A DNA stretch of 64,000 bases from a virus (taxonomy: Duplodnaviria; Caudoviricetes). Both the position numbers and the translations under genes were made by a program. Shown one piece after another: positions 1 to 10,518 of this stretch. The first letter of the stretch is position 1; every line of letters starts with the position of its first letter. The stretch lies in IMG/VR virus record IMGVR_UViG_3300021400_000621, positions 25,174 through 89,173 of that record; one strand, 5' to 3'. A model generated the notes under the pieces. It had not been told where the DNA came from, did not search any database, and saw only the letters and a program-made list of their open reading frames with translations.

Positions 1-405
1 ATTGCTGTTAGATTAAAAGATTTAGCAGTTGAGCATGGAATATTTATTGAAACTTCAACTCAGTTAAATATGGAATATAGAACTGCGCAGGTATATGACC
101 AGAATCTGCTTCGTGGTGCAAAGAGCATTGCAGATAAGATTGACTTGGGTGAGATTATGCTTGATGCAAGCACAGAAGATATTGAAGCGATGAAACCACT
201 TCTTAGTCAGAATGGTTTTCCAACACCAGATACAAAAATATCTGTTTATAAAAATAGAAGAGGTAGATATAAAGATGTACTTATGTGGTGTGTATCAAAT
301 AAGGCAACTTGTAAGATTACCCCAGTATTTATAACAGATTATCAATATGGATTATTAGATATTCAACCTTTGAAGATTAATATTAGAGAGGAGTCTGCGT
401 TTTGA
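1..405 (+). CDS. dnaB: Replicative DnaB-like helicase, C-terminal part (runs off window start)
   Basis: Frame is open from base 1 (IAVRLKDLAVEHGIFIETSTQLNMEY...LRGAKSIADKID), matching the DnaB-family QLN and LRGS/A..I...AD motifs; directly upstream of the primase region. Confidence 0.75.
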   Translation: MAVRLKDLAVEHGIFIETSTQLNMEYRTAQVYDQNLLRGAKSIADKIDLGEIMLDASTEDIEAMKPLLSQNGFPTPDTKISVYKNRRGRYKDVLMWCVSNKATCKITPVFITDYQYGLLDIQPLKINIREESAF

Positions 406-575
406 GTTGTGATTATTATCAAATCTATGTAGATGATGTATGTATAGCTAAATATGTAACTTTAGAGTATGCTGTAATTTTTACTAAAGCTATTTTTAAT
501 GAGTTCTATAATGAAATAGATTTAAAAGTAACAGTACAAAAAATGAATTTTAATACAGAGGCATGTAATGGCTAA
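402..575 (+). CDS. Small hypothetical protein, 57 aa (not in ORF track)
   Basis: TTG start overlapping the helicase stop, GAGGAG RBS upstream, open to TAA at 573-575 (MSCDYYQIYVDDVCIAKYVTLEYAVIF...). Confidence 0.55.
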   Translation: MSCDYYQIYVDDVCIAKYVTLEYAVIFTKAIFNEFYNEIDLKVTVQKMNFNTEACNG

Positions 576-750
576 TGAATATGTATGTAGTAAATGTAAA
601 AAGTCTGGTTCTAAAAAGAGTATTCCATACAAAATCATTTATGATACAGATGGTATGAGTGTAAAATTTGTAGGCCAGCTTTGCGAAGATTGTTATAAGA
701 AGATATTTAATCAAAATGAGCAGAAAGAAAAAACAGAAACAACCAAATAG
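568..750 (+). CDS. Small CxxC...CxxC zinc-ribbon protein
   Basis: CSKC and CEDC motifs; fills the gap in a tightly packed + operon. Confidence 0.55.
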   Translation: MANEYVCSKCKKSGSKKSIPYKIIYDTDGMSVKFVGQLCEDCYKKIFNQNEQKEKTETTK

Positions 751-934
751 ACCGAGAGCGCATGTATCAAGACAATCTGTAAGAAGAATGGAATGGTTTA
801 TAGATGACGCTCCCGTAGTAGGCAAGAAATGTAAAATTTGTGATGAAACATTTTATTATAACTTAGATACAGAAATTTTTTGTCCAACCTGTAAAAAGAC
901 ATTAAAGAAACTAATTATTCAGAACATAGAATGA
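716..934 (+). CDS. Small CxxC...CxxC zinc-ribbon protein (start uncertain, possibly ATG 788)
   Basis: CKIC and CPTC motifs; stop overlaps the primase ATG. Confidence 0.5.
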   Translation: MSRKKKQKQPNRPRAHVSRQSVRRMEWFIDDAPVVGKKCKICDETFYYNLDTEIFCPTCKKTLKKLIIQNIE

Positions 935-2013
935 AGTTTAATAAAGACGAAATCAAAAATTCATTATCAATAGAGCAAATAGAAGATATTGTGGCAGAGT
1001 TAGGCGGCGAGCCTAGATCTATGGGTTCGTTTCTGACCTGCCGCACTATTTGTCATGGTGGCGATTCTCATAAACTGTATTATTATGATAACACAAAGCT
1101 GTTTAAGTGTTTTACAGAGTGTGATGAAACTTTTGACATCTTTGAACTGATTCTCAAAATTAAAAAGCGTGAGGGTGAGAACTGGACTTTATATAATGCT
1201 ATGATTTATGTTATAAATTTCTTCTCTCTTGATTTTGAAGGAGATTTTTACAACGAGGCTCAGTCTTCACCAGATTGGCAGATTTTTAGCAAATGGGCCA
1301 AATCACAGTTTACTGATGATAAACAAAAAATCATCGACCTCAAAATTTATGATGATAAAATTTTGAATAATTTACCTCAGCCGCGGATAATGAACTGGGA
1401 GCGTGAAGGAATTACACGCGAAGTATGTCTTGCGAGAAATATCCATTATGACCCAAAGAACTATGGAATTGTTATACCTCACTATGATATAGACAATAGA
1501 CTAGTTGGAATTAGAGAACGAACTGTTGTTAAAGAAGATGAAGTATATGGTAAGTATAAACCAGCAATTTTGAATGGAAAAATGTATAATCACCCTCTCG
1601 GTTATAATTTATATAATTTAAATTATTCAAAAGAAGCAATTAGAAACATTCAAAAGGCTATTGTATTTGAAGGTGAGAAATCAAGTTTGTTATTTGCAAG
1701 TTATTTTGGGGTTAATAATGATATATCTGTTGCTTGTTGCGGCAGTAGTTTAATTTCATACCAAGTTGAATTGCTCCTTTCACTCGGTGTTCAGGAGATT
1801 ATCATAGGCTTCGATAAACAGTATAAAGAAATTGGTGATAAAGAGTGGAAAGCTTGGACTAAAAAGTTGTATAAAATCCATGATAAATATGGAAAATATG
1901 TACAAATAAGTTATTTATTCGATAAAGGTGATTTATTAGGATATAAAGATTCGCCAGTTGATAAAGGACAAGATATATTTCTGGAATTATTTAAGAATAG
2001 GATAATAATATGA
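931..2013 (+). CDS. dnaG: DNA primase (zinc-binding domain plus TOPRIM)
   Basis: N-terminal CH..C..C zinc motif (CHGGDSHKLYYY...KCFTEC); TOPRIM-like VFEGEKS and GFDK; next to the helicase. Confidence 0.85.
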   Translation: MKFNKDEIKNSLSIEQIEDIVAELGGEPRSMGSFLTCRTICHGGDSHKLYYYDNTKLFKCFTECDETFDIFELILKIKKREGENWTLYNAMIYVINFFSLDFEGDFYNEAQSSPDWQIFSKWAKSQFTDDKQKIIDLKIYDDKILNNLPQPRIMNWEREGITREVCLARNIHYDPKNYGIVIPHYDIDNRLVGIRERTVVKEDEVYGKYKPAILNGKMYNHPLGYNLYNLNYSKEAIRNIQKAIVFEGEKSSLLFASYFGVNNDISVACCGSSLISYQVELLLSLGVQEIIIGFDKQYKEIGDKEWKAWTKKLYKIHDKYGKYVQISYLFDKGDLLGYKDSPVDKGQDIFLELFKNRIII

Positions 2014-2429
2014 GAGAATTAGATAAATTAGCAAAATATTTACATGAAATAAAAATGCCTTTTATGTTTTATGAATGTAATAAAACTTTTGATGAAGAAG
2101 ATTTTATCTTTACATTAGACCGTCATCAAATTTGTGTTCCAGACCAAGATACCCCTGTTTGGGACGTAATTTGTCAATATGGTTCATATGGATATGAAGA
2201 AGGACTTCTTGAAGCATATGGTGCTATTGTTGATGAAGAAGAAGATGGTAATACTGTAGTAGGATATTTAACTGCTGAAGATGTAATTGCAAGAATGAAG
2301 AAATATCATTTAGATGATGCTCGTTCTATGATTCATAAGATGGAAGAAGAGTATCCTTCTAAAGCAACAAAAATGCTTCGAGCATACGATAAGAAATATC
2401 CTATGAATGTAGATTGCGGATGGAAGTAG
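2010..2429 (+). CDS. Hypothetical acidic protein
   Basis: 139-aa ORF with ATGA overlap with the primase stop. Confidence 0.7.
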   Translation: MRELDKLAKYLHEIKMPFMFYECNKTFDEEDFIFTLDRHQICVPDQDTPVWDVICQYGSYGYEEGLLEAYGAIVDEEEDGNTVVGYLTAEDVIARMKKYHLDDARSMIHKMEEEYPSKATKMLRAYDKKYPMNVDCGWK

Positions 2430-2436
2430 CGCCATC

Positions 2437-2465
2437 TTGACAAGCTCAAAAATTTGTGATATAAT
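2437..2465 (+). promoter_or_regulatory. Sigma70/SigA-type promoter with extended -10
   Basis: TTGACA (2437-2442), 17 bp spacer, TG-n-TATAAT (2457-2465), upstream of the RecJ-like gene. Confidence 0.85.
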
Positions 2466-2506
2466 AATATATATGCGAAATTGATAAAAGAAATAGAGGT
2501 TAGAAT

Positions 2507-4273
2507 ATGAAATATAAGCTAATAGCACCTGTGAATCCTTCATATTCTGCGATTGAACAGGTGCTAACTAATAGAGGTATTCCTCATGATATGATTCAAC
2601 ATTATTTGAATACAACAGATGAGGATATAAATTCATTTAAGAGTTTTGGAGAAGATAAATTAAAGGCTGCGGCGGCCGCGCTGATAAAATGCATTCAGCT
2701 GGACCAGAGGGCGCTTGTAATCGTAGACTGCGATTGCGATGGTTACACTTCCGCCGCAGTATTAATTAATTATCTACATGATTATTTTCCGACTTGGGTT
2801 GAAACTAAATTAGACTCAGTTATGCACGATGGAAAACAACATGGTATAAATGATCAAATGGAACTAATTGAAGAATGTGATTATCAACTTCTATTAGTAC
2901 CAGATGCAGGAAGTAATGATGTAGATGCTTGTACTGAATTAGTACAGAACAAAGGAATGGATGTTGTTATTCTAGACCACCATATTTGTGATTTTGATAA
3001 TCCTGATGCGGTAGTAATCAATAACCAACTCAGCGACTATCCAAATAAGGCACTATCTGGTGTGGGAGTAGTCTGGCAGTTTTGTCGATACCTAGATACA
3101 TTACTTGGAGGCAGCGCCGCCGCACAGTACATAGATCTAGTTGCATTAGGACTTGATGGTGATATGATGAGTATGACCTCATTAGAAACTAAACATCTAA
3201 TCCAAAAAGGTCTTGCCGCAGTAACAAATCCATTTATATATTACATGCACGAAAAAAACAAGTTCTCCTTAGGTGAAACACTCACCCCAATTGGAGTAAC
3301 TTTTTACATAGTACCTTTTGTTAATGCAATTACTCGTTCTGGTACTCTTGAGGAAAAAGAACTAGTGTTCGCTTCAATGCTAAAACATAAAGCATTTCAA
3401 GAAGTACCATCAACCAAGCGAGGTCATAGCTTTGGTGAAACTGAAAAAGTAGTAGAACAAGCAGTACGAGTAGCACATAATGTCAAAGCCAGACAAACTC
3501 GTGTACAAGACGCTGCAATGGAGTTCTTAGATAGACAAATCGAGTCTAATAACATGCTCGATCATCAAGTTTTATTGTTTCTATTAGAACCAGGTCAGGT
3601 TGATAGAAACATAGCTGGTCTTGTTGCAAACAAAATTATGGCAAAATATCAGCGTCCTACTTGTGTATTAACAAGAGTAATAGATGAAGATGGAGTTTTA
3701 TCATATCAAGGCTCAGCCAGAGGATGTGATAAAGTTGGAATTAATGAATTTAAGTCAATTTGTGAATCCACAGGCGTAACAATGTATACAGCAGGTCATG
3801 AAGGCGCATTTGGATTAGGTATTTTATCATCCAATATTGAAGCATTTTTAGCTAAAACGGACGAAATATTAAAAGATACACCTAAAGAACCTTTATATTA
3901 TGTAGACTACGTTTATAGAGAAGAAGAAGTAAATCCTCAAAACATTTTAGATATAGCTAATATGGTTATGCTTTGGGGTAAAGATATTGATGAAGCAATT
4001 GTAGCTGTTGAAGGATTGCGTATCTTTCCAGAAATGGTTACAGTTTATGCAAAAAAGAATCTAACTCTTAAAATTACCCTCCCTAATGGAGTAACTATTA
4101 TGAAATTCAATGCGACAGAAGAAGAATGTGAGTTATTCCAAGCCAAGAATACTGGTTATGTAGAGATTAATTTAGTTGGTAAGTGTAATGCCAATGAATG
4201 GATGGGTAATATTACTGCTCAAATTTTCTGTGAAGAGTATGAAGTAGTAGATAGCAATAAATACTTTTTTTAA
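2507..4273 (+). CDS. recJ: RecJ-like DHH-family ssDNA exonuclease
   Basis: DHH motifs DCDCDG, PDAG, LDHH, and DHHA1-like GSARG and GHEGAFG. Confidence 0.85.
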   Translation: MKYKLIAPVNPSYSAIEQVLTNRGIPHDMIQHYLNTTDEDINSFKSFGEDKLKAAAAALIKCIQLDQRALVIVDCDCDGYTSAAVLINYLHDYFPTWVETKLDSVMHDGKQHGINDQMELIEECDYQLLLVPDAGSNDVDACTELVQNKGMDVVILDHHICDFDNPDAVVINNQLSDYPNKALSGVGVVWQFCRYLDTLLGGSAAAQYIDLVALGLDGDMMSMTSLETKHLIQKGLAAVTNPFIYYMHEKNKFSLGETLTPIGVTFYIVPFVNAITRSGTLEEKELVFASMLKHKAFQEVPSTKRGHSFGETEKVVEQAVRVAHNVKARQTRVQDAAMEFLDRQIESNNMLDHQVLLFLLEPGQVDRNIAGLVANKIMAKYQRPTCVLTRVIDEDGVLSYQGSARGCDKVGINEFKSICESTGVTMYTAGHEGAFGLGILSSNIEAFLAKTDEILKDTPKEPLYYVDYVYREEEVNPQNILDIANMVMLWGKDIDEAIVAVEGLRIFPEMVTVYAKKNLTLKITLPNGVTIMKFNATEEECELFQAKNTGYVEINLVGKCNANEWMGNITAQIFCEEYEVVDSNKYFF

Positions 4274-4396
4274 TATATAGGCTCACACGCCGTAGCCGAG
4301 AGGAAAAATTAGGCTGAAGGCGCGCGCACGACCGAATTTCAAGAGGAAAAATAGCTCTAGGATTTTTTAAAACCGATTTTACGTATAAGGAAGAAA

Positions 4397-5581
4397 ATGA
4401 TATTAACTCAAAAGCAAGAAGAAGGATTAAGAATAGCTGTAGAACGTCACAGAGCTGGTGAAAAATATACTGTAATATCTGGCTATGCTGGATCTGGTAA
4501 GTCTACTCTGGTACGATTTATTATAGATGCACTTGATGTAGAGGAAGATAGAGTATGCTATTGTGCTTTTACTGGCAAGGCGGCGGAGGTGCTCCGGAAG
4601 AAAGGTAACAAGAACGTAAGCACCTTACACCGACTGCTTTATGAGCATATTCCTAGGCCAGCAGGCGGTTTTTTCCGCAAACCAAAACCAAGAATTGATT
4701 ATGATATAGTAGTAGTTGATGAGGTATCAATGGCGCCAAAGTCACTAATTGATTTACTCTTTTCACATAATAGACCTTATATCGTATGTCTTGGTGACCC
4801 GTTCCAGTTGCCACCAATTGATAAGGATGAGGATAATCACCTACTTGACCATCCACATGTATTCTTGGATGAAATTGTGCGGCAGGCCCAGGAATCTGAA
4901 ATTATTAGACTGACTATGCAGATTCGTAATCAAGATCCAATTGATTATATTGATGGTAATGAAGTCAAAGTAATGCCATATAGTCAGCTTAATACGGGTG
5001 TACTGCAGTGGGGTGACCAGATACTTACAGCAACTAATGCAAAACGTCATTCAATCAATAACCAAATGCGAGCATTAATGGGTAGAACTGGTGGGCCTAT
5101 TGATGGAGATAAGATTATCTGTTTGAGAAATTATTGGGAAGATTCAAGTATGAATGGTGATGCCTTAGTTAATGGCACTATAGGTATCTTATCAAACAGC
5201 TTTCAAACCTGGAGAGAATTACCAAGATTTATAAAAAGTGATATATCTCGATTTGATGTATTAGTCGGTGATTTAGTAGTACCAGATACACAAGATATAT
5301 ATCCTATGGTAGATATAGATCACCATATGATGTTAACAGGTGATAAATGTTGTGATTGGCGTTTATCATATAAATTAGGTAAATTAAAACATAAATATGG
5401 AGAAATAGTTCCAAAAGAATTTACTTATGCCTATGCTATTACTTGTCATAAGAGTCAGGGTTCAGAATGGGATAAGGTATTAGTTCTTGAAGAAAATTTC
5501 CCATTTGATAAAACAGAACACGCACGTTGGCTATACACTGCCGCAACGCGTGCTTCAGATAAATTAGTATTAGTGAGATAA
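4397..5581 (+). CDS. RecD/Dda-like SF1B helicase
   Basis: Walker A GYAGSGKS, DEVSM, GDPFQLPP, and C-terminal YAITCHKSQGSEW / LYTAATRA. Confidence 0.88.
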   Translation: MILTQKQEEGLRIAVERHRAGEKYTVISGYAGSGKSTLVRFIIDALDVEEDRVCYCAFTGKAAEVLRKKGNKNVSTLHRLLYEHIPRPAGGFFRKPKPRIDYDIVVVDEVSMAPKSLIDLLFSHNRPYIVCLGDPFQLPPIDKDEDNHLLDHPHVFLDEIVRQAQESEIIRLTMQIRNQDPIDYIDGNEVKVMPYSQLNTGVLQWGDQILTATNAKRHSINNQMRALMGRTGGPIDGDKIICLRNYWEDSSMNGDALVNGTIGILSNSFQTWRELPRFIKSDISRFDVLVGDLVVPDTQDIYPMVDIDHHMMLTGDKCCDWRLSYKLGKLKHKYGEIVPKEFTYAYAITCHKSQGSEWDKVLVLEENFPFDKTEHARWLYTAATRASDKLVLVR

Positions 5582-5593
5582 AAGGAGGTTGTT

Positions 5594-6001
5594 GTGTATA
5601 CAGTTCAATTCGGAGAATATACTCTTCCATTAGTAAGAGATTTATATAATTGGTTTGAAGATTATGTAGAAATAATGATTGACCCTGCGCAGGTTGATAT
5701 GGAAACAGTTCATCAAATCTTATCTAGTGCTAACAATTTAGCTATTATTAAAATTTTTGATGATGATAACAAATTAGTAGCTATTTCAGACCATATTTTT
5801 ACAGAGTATGATTCTATTAATCGTGTTCCAAAATATACTGTAGGTTATTATAATGAGTTTGGAGTAAGAGAAAAACAATATGTAGATGTTATTGTAGCAC
5901 ATATTAAAAAGCCAACTACAGAAACTAGTATGAGAAAAATAAAGTCTGATATGGAATATATTGCTATTATGTCTGATATTGATATGGATGAAGAAATATA
6001 A
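5594..6001 (+). CDS. Hypothetical protein with an XkdW-like C-terminus (paralogous end to 19006-19407)
   Basis: GTG start after AAGGAGG; ends ...KSDMEYIAIMSDIDMDEEI. Confidence 0.7.
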   Translation: MYTVQFGEYTLPLVRDLYNWFEDYVEIMIDPAQVDMETVHQILSSANNLAIIKIFDDDNKLVAISDHIFTEYDSINRVPKYTVGYYNEFGVREKQYVDVIVAHIKKPTTETSMRKIKSDMEYIAIMSDIDMDEEI

Positions 6002-6010
6002 GGAGTAATT

Positions 6011-6271
6011 ATGCTAATCTACACAGATGTAACTTATTCAGCAGAAGTTTATGGCACAAGAGAATATGACACAGCTGAAGTTCTAAGTACAGAAGAAGAA
6101 GATAGATTAAGAGACCTTGATGAAAAGGAAGATAAAACAACAAAAGAACTTGATGAAATGCATGAACTTATTTCAAAAGTAATAGCTAATGGTTCAATTT
6201 ATGATGAATGGGAAGATGATGTTACTTACTATGATTTAATTGCTGAAGATTTTAGAGAACTTGATCAATAA
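6011..6271 (+). CDS. Hypothetical acidic protein
   Basis: 86-aa ORF with AGGAG RBS. Confidence 0.7.
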   Translation: MLIYTDVTYSAEVYGTREYDTAEVLSTEEEDRLRDLDEKEDKTTKELDEMHELISKVIANGSIYDEWEDDVTYYDLIAEDFRELDQ

Positions 6272-6277
6272 TTAAAG

Positions 6278-6313
6278 ATGGGGGATAGAAATATCCCCCA
6301 TTTGATTTTTTTT
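6278..6313 (+). terminator. Rho-independent terminator
   Basis: Perfect 10-bp stem ATGGGGGATA/TATCCCCCAT with GAAA loop, followed by a T-rich run. Confidence 0.85.
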
Positions 6314-6330
6314 ATTTTATATGATATAAT
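6302..6330 (+). promoter_or_regulatory. SigA-type promoter for dnaE
   Basis: TTGATT, 17 bp spacer, TG-n-TATAAT; overlaps the tail of the preceding terminator. Confidence 0.7.
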
Positions 6331-6359
6331 ATAAATAAGAAAGATTATGAAAGGATAAA

Positions 6360-9300
6360 TTGTTAATGAATCGTTTTGAGTGTCATAGCCATACAGAATA
6401 CTCGAACTTAAGACTTCTGGATTGTATCAACAAGCCAAAGAATCTGGTTCAAAGGGCAATAGACATAGGGTTAAGTGGTATAGCAATTACAGACCATGAA
6501 TGTTTAAGCGCAGCAATTAAATTAAATCAGATTCAAAAAGATTGTCCAGATGGATTTAAGATAGCATTAGGAAATGAGATATACTTGGTTGATTCAAGAA
6601 TGAATGGACAGAAGTATTATCATTTCATTTTGATTGCAAAAGATAAAATAGGATTTAGGCAATTAAGAGAATTATCTTCAAGAGCATGGATGCAAAGTTA
6701 TTTTGATAGAGGACTTGAGAGAGTTCCAACTTTGAAGTCTGAAATTGAAGAAGTTATAGGGCGGCAGCCGGGTCATGTCATCGCCACAACTGCATGTATT
6801 GGCGGCGAATTATCCAGTTCAGTTTTAAGAATGGAAAAAGCAAGAACAATTGGTGACATGAATGAAGCCACGGCCGCATATAATCAGATAACTACATTTA
6901 TTGATTGGTGTAAATCAATCTTTAATGATGATTTTTATATTGAGTGTGCTCCCGCCGCAAGCAAAGACCAGATTATTGTAAATAAAAAACTTGTACAAAT
7001 AGCACAGGTTTATAATATCAAAATGGTCATTGGATGTGATGCGCATTATCTGACAAAAGCAGATAGATATGTACATAAGGCATATCTGAACTCAAAGGGC
7101 GGCGAGAGAGAAGTAGATGAATTTTATGAGTATTCATATCTACAAACAGAAGAAGAAATAAAACAGAATTTAACTCCGTCTATTGTTGAATTGTATGAAA
7201 CAATGTGTAATAATAGTATGGAGATTTATGATAAAATAGAAATATATGATTTGTCTGGAGCGCAGAAAGTTCCATCAGTTCCGATTAAAGATTATCCAAA
7301 AGTAAATAAAAAACTTGAATCTTATCCAACTCTTGAATATTTATTTAATAGTGATGATGAATATGATAGAAACTGGATAAATCAATGTTGGAATAAACTT
7401 GAAGAGAAAAATATTCTTAATGATGAATATTTAAAGGAACTTGAATATGAAGCAGATATTAAGAAAGCAGTCGGAGATAAATTAGGAACGAATGTTTTTA
7501 AATATCCGATAACTCTTCAATATTATATTGACTTAATGTGGGATAGTGGCAGCCTCATAGGGGCCGGCCGCGGTAGTTCGATGGCAGGTTTAAATCATTA
7601 TCTTTTAGGTGTAACTCAGATTGACCCAGTTAAGACAAAACTGAATTATTTCTGGCGTTATATGAATAAAGATAGAGTAGAACTTCCAGATATTGATATT
7701 GACCTTTGTCCAAGTAAGCGTCCATTGATTTTGAATAAAATCAAAAAGGAAAGAGGACAAAGATTTAATAGTAATATAGATGAATTATCAAGAAATAATC
7801 TTGGTTGTACATTAGTTGCAACTTTTGGAACTGAAACAGCAAAGTCAACAATCTTAACTGCATGTCGTGGTTATAGAAGTGAAGTATATCCAGATGGTAT
7901 TGATACAGATAATGCTCAGTATTTATCTTCTCTTGTTCCACAGGAAAGAGGAGCATTATGGTCTATAGATGAAATGGTTTATGGCAATAAAGAAAAAGGA
8001 CGTAAACCAGTTCAATTATTTAATCAAGAGTTAGAAAAGTATCCTGGATTAATTGAAATTATGTTCGGTATTCAGGGATTGATTAATAAGCGTAGTTCAC
8101 ATGCATCTGGTGTAATCTTTTTCGATGAAGATCCATATGAAGTTGGTTGCTTTATGAGAACACCAAAAGGCGAGATTATAACTCAATGGGACTTACATGA
8201 TTGTGAGTGGGCTTCAATGGTTAAGTATGATTTTCTTGTAACTGAAATTGAAGATAAACTTTGTCAGACAATTAAGTTCTTACAAGAAGATGGTCAGATT
8301 GAAAAAGATTTAACTTTAAGAGAAGTATATGATAAATATTTCCACCCAGACGTTTTACCAATAGAAGATGAAGAAACTTGGTTAAACATTCGCGGCGGCC
8401 GCGTTCTGAATTTGTTCCAGTTCGATAGTATGTCTGGTAGCCAGGGTATTAAAAAGGTTCAGCCGCAAAATATCCAAGAACTTGCAGATACAAATGGTCT
8501 GATTCGTCTTATGGCGGGTGAGGGTCAGGAACTGCCGATGGATAAATATGTAAGGTTTAAGAAGAATCTTCATTTGTGGTATGATGAAATGCGTCAGTAT
8601 GGTTTAACAAAAGAACAACAAGCTGTGTTAGAGCCATACTTTAAACCATTTTATGGAGTTCCAATTAGCCAAGAAGTTCTTATGAGAATGGTAATGGATG
8701 AAAAGACTTGTGGATTTTCATTAAAAGAAGCGAATGAACTTAGAAAAGTTCTCGCAAAGAAGCAAGTCCAAAAGATTCCAATTATGAAAGATAAGATTAT
8801 CGAAAGAGCAGAAACACCTCAGATGGGTAAATATATCTGGGAGTGTGGAGCCGGTCCGCAGATGTCTTATTCATTCTCAGTTCTTCATGCAACAGCATAT
8901 AGTTATATTGGTTATCAAACAGCTTATATTGCAACAAGATGGAATCCGATTTATTGGAATACAGCTTGTCTGGTTGTTAATTCTGGTTCTCTTGAAGAAG
9001 ATGATATTGAGTTCTTTGAGGATGAAGATGGAGATATTATTGGTTCTGGAAAGAAAGAATCAACAACTGATTATGCAAAATTAGCAACAGCGTTGGGTGA
9101 AATTATTGAACAGGGTATTAAAGTATCTTTAATAGATATTAATAAGTCTGACTATAGCTTCAAACCAGATGTTGACAATAATCAGATATTGTTTGGTATG
9201 AAGGCGTTAAGTAATGTCAATAGTTCAGCAATAGAAGAAATCAAAGCAAATAGACCTTATATAAGTATTAAGGACTTTATGAATAAATGTAACCTTAAGA

Positions 9301-10301
9301 AAACTGCGATGATTAGTTTGATTAAGGGTGGAGCGTTTGATAATCTTGAAACTGAATGGGCGGCGGCGGTGAATGTCAATCCCCGTATCCTGGTCATGTC
9401 GTATTATATATCTAAGATTAGTGAACCAAAGTCTAGATTAACATTACAGAACTTCAACGGGTTAATGGAAAGACAAGTCATTCCTGCAAGTTTAAATAAG
9501 CAGAAAGATATATTCATTTTAAACAAATGGTTAAAGAATTATAAAATGAAAGATTATTATTCTTTAGAGTTTGATAAAATGTATAGAATATATTGTCATT
9601 ATTGTGATGAAGAATTGTTAGAAGTAATAAATGGTATTCCATGTATTCAGCAGAAAGTTTGGGATAAAGTATATAAAGCAATTATGGAAGATGCGAAAGT
9701 ATGGATGAAATCGCATCAAAAAGAATTGTTAGATATGTATAACACAGAACTTTTCAAAGAGATGTGGGATAAATATGCAATTGGTAATATTTCATCTTGG
9801 GAAATGGACGCATTATGTTTTTATTATAATGACCATGAATTAAAAGATGTAGATATGGGTAAGTATGGAATTGTTGATTTTAATACTTTACCAAGAGAAC
9901 CAAGAATCGCATATAGATATAAGAGAAATGGTCAAAATTTGCCGGTGTTTGAATTAACTCGAATAGCTGGAACAGTTGTTAGTAAAAATGATATGCGTCA
10001 TACAATTTCATTATTAACAACTTCTGGTGTAGTGACAGTTAAGTTCACGAAAGACTATTATGCGCGGGCGGGCAGACAGATTTCTGAAGTCGGGTCCGAT
10101 GGGAAGAAGCATGTCCAGGAAAAAGGATGGTTTGTACGTGGTACAAAGCTGATGGTTACCGGGTTCCGCCGCGAGGATACATTCGTAGCAAAAACATATA
10201 AGAATAGTTCTGGTCATCAGTTATATAAAATAACAGATGTATATGGTAATAATCTTGAATTAATTCATACAAGATATGGAGAGGAATCAGATGACGATTG
10301 A
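6360..10301 (+). CDS. dnaE: DNA polymerase III alpha subunit (DnaE-type, PHP plus polymerase)
   Basis: PHP motifs HSHTEYS and ITDHE; GRGS and PDIDID catalytic motifs; YSFSVLHATAY. Confidence 0.93.
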   Translation: MLMNRFECHSHTEYSNLRLLDCINKPKNLVQRAIDIGLSGIAITDHECLSAAIKLNQIQKDCPDGFKIALGNEIYLVDSRMNGQKYYHFILIAKDKIGFRQLRELSSRAWMQSYFDRGLERVPTLKSEIEEVIGRQPGHVIATTACIGGELSSSVLRMEKARTIGDMNEATAAYNQITTFIDWCKSIFNDDFYIECAPAASKDQIIVNKKLVQIAQVYNIKMVIGCDAHYLTKADRYVHKAYLNSKGGEREVDEFYEYSYLQTEEEIKQNLTPSIVELYETMCNNSMEIYDKIEIYDLSGAQKVPSVPIKDYPKVNKKLESYPTLEYLFNSDDEYDRNWINQCWNKLEEKNILNDEYLKELEYEADIKKAVGDKLGTNVFKYPITLQYYIDLMWDSGSLIGAGRGSSMAGLNHYLLGVTQIDPVKTKLNYFWRYMNKDRVELPDIDIDLCPSKRPLILNKIKKERGQRFNSNIDELSRNNLGCTLVATFGTETAKSTILTACRGYRSEVYPDGIDTDNAQYLSSLVPQERGALWSIDEMVYGNKEKGRKPVQLFNQELEKYPGLIEIMFGIQGLINKRSSHASGVIFFDEDPYEVGCFMRTPKGEIITQWDLHDCEWASMVKYDFLVTEIEDKLCQTIKFLQEDGQIEKDLTLREVYDKYFHPDVLPIEDEETWLNIRGGRVLNLFQFDSMSGSQGIKKVQPQNIQELADTNGLIRLMAGEGQELPMDKYVRFKKNLHLWYDEMRQYGLTKEQQAVLEPYFKPFYGVPISQEVLMRMVMDEKTCGFSLKEANELRKVLAKKQVQKIPIMKDKIIERAETPQMGKYIWECGAGPQMSYSFSVLHATAYSYIGYQTAYIATRWNPIYWNTACLVVNSGSLEEDDIEFFEDEDGDIIGSGKKESTTDYAKLATALGEIIEQGIKVSLIDINKSDYSFKPDVDNNQILFGMKALSNVNSSAIEEIKANRPYISIKDFMNKCNLKKTAMISLIKGGAFDNLETEWAAAVNVNPRILVMSYYISKISEPKSRLTLQNFNGLMERQVIPASLNKQKDIFILNKWLKNYKMKDYYSLEFDKMYRIYCHYCDEELLEVINGIPCIQQKVWDKVYKAIMEDAKVWMKSHQKELLDMYNTELFKEMWDKYAIGNISSWEMDALCFYYNDHELKDVDMGKYGIVDFNTLPREPRIAYRYKRNGQNLPVFELTRIAGTVVSKNDMRHTISLLTTSGVVTVKFTKDYYARAGRQISEVGSDGKKHVQEKGWFVRGTKLMVTGFRREDTFVAKTYKNSSGHQLYKITDVYGNNLELIHTRYGEESDDD

Positions 10302-10518
10302 TAACACTTGGATATATTACCCTGAACAATGTGAGTATTGTAAGAATAATGATGGGTTCTGCGAGTATGCTCGTGGAACCCGCGCTGCAATACAAGCGTT
10401 GCAATGGTTAGATAGAAATATAAAAGCATATGGTTCATATCAGTTTAAATGTGATTATTTTATATTAGATATGGATAAATATAACTCAAATAGAATGGAG
10501 GTTATGTGCGGTGATTAA
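10291..10518 (+). CDS. Small Cys-rich hypothetical protein
   Basis: ATG 10291 after GAGGA; CEYC...FCEY; overlaps both neighbours. Confidence 0.6.
   Translation: MTIDNTWIYYPEQCEYCKNNDGFCEYARGTRAAIQALQWLDRNIKAYGSYQFKCDYFILDMDKYNSNRMEVMCGD

Noticed and set aside
4280-4345. Possible tRNA (D-arm-like TAGCCGAGAGG...AGGCT)
   Set aside because: No T-loop TTCRA, anticodon arm or acceptor stem could be built.
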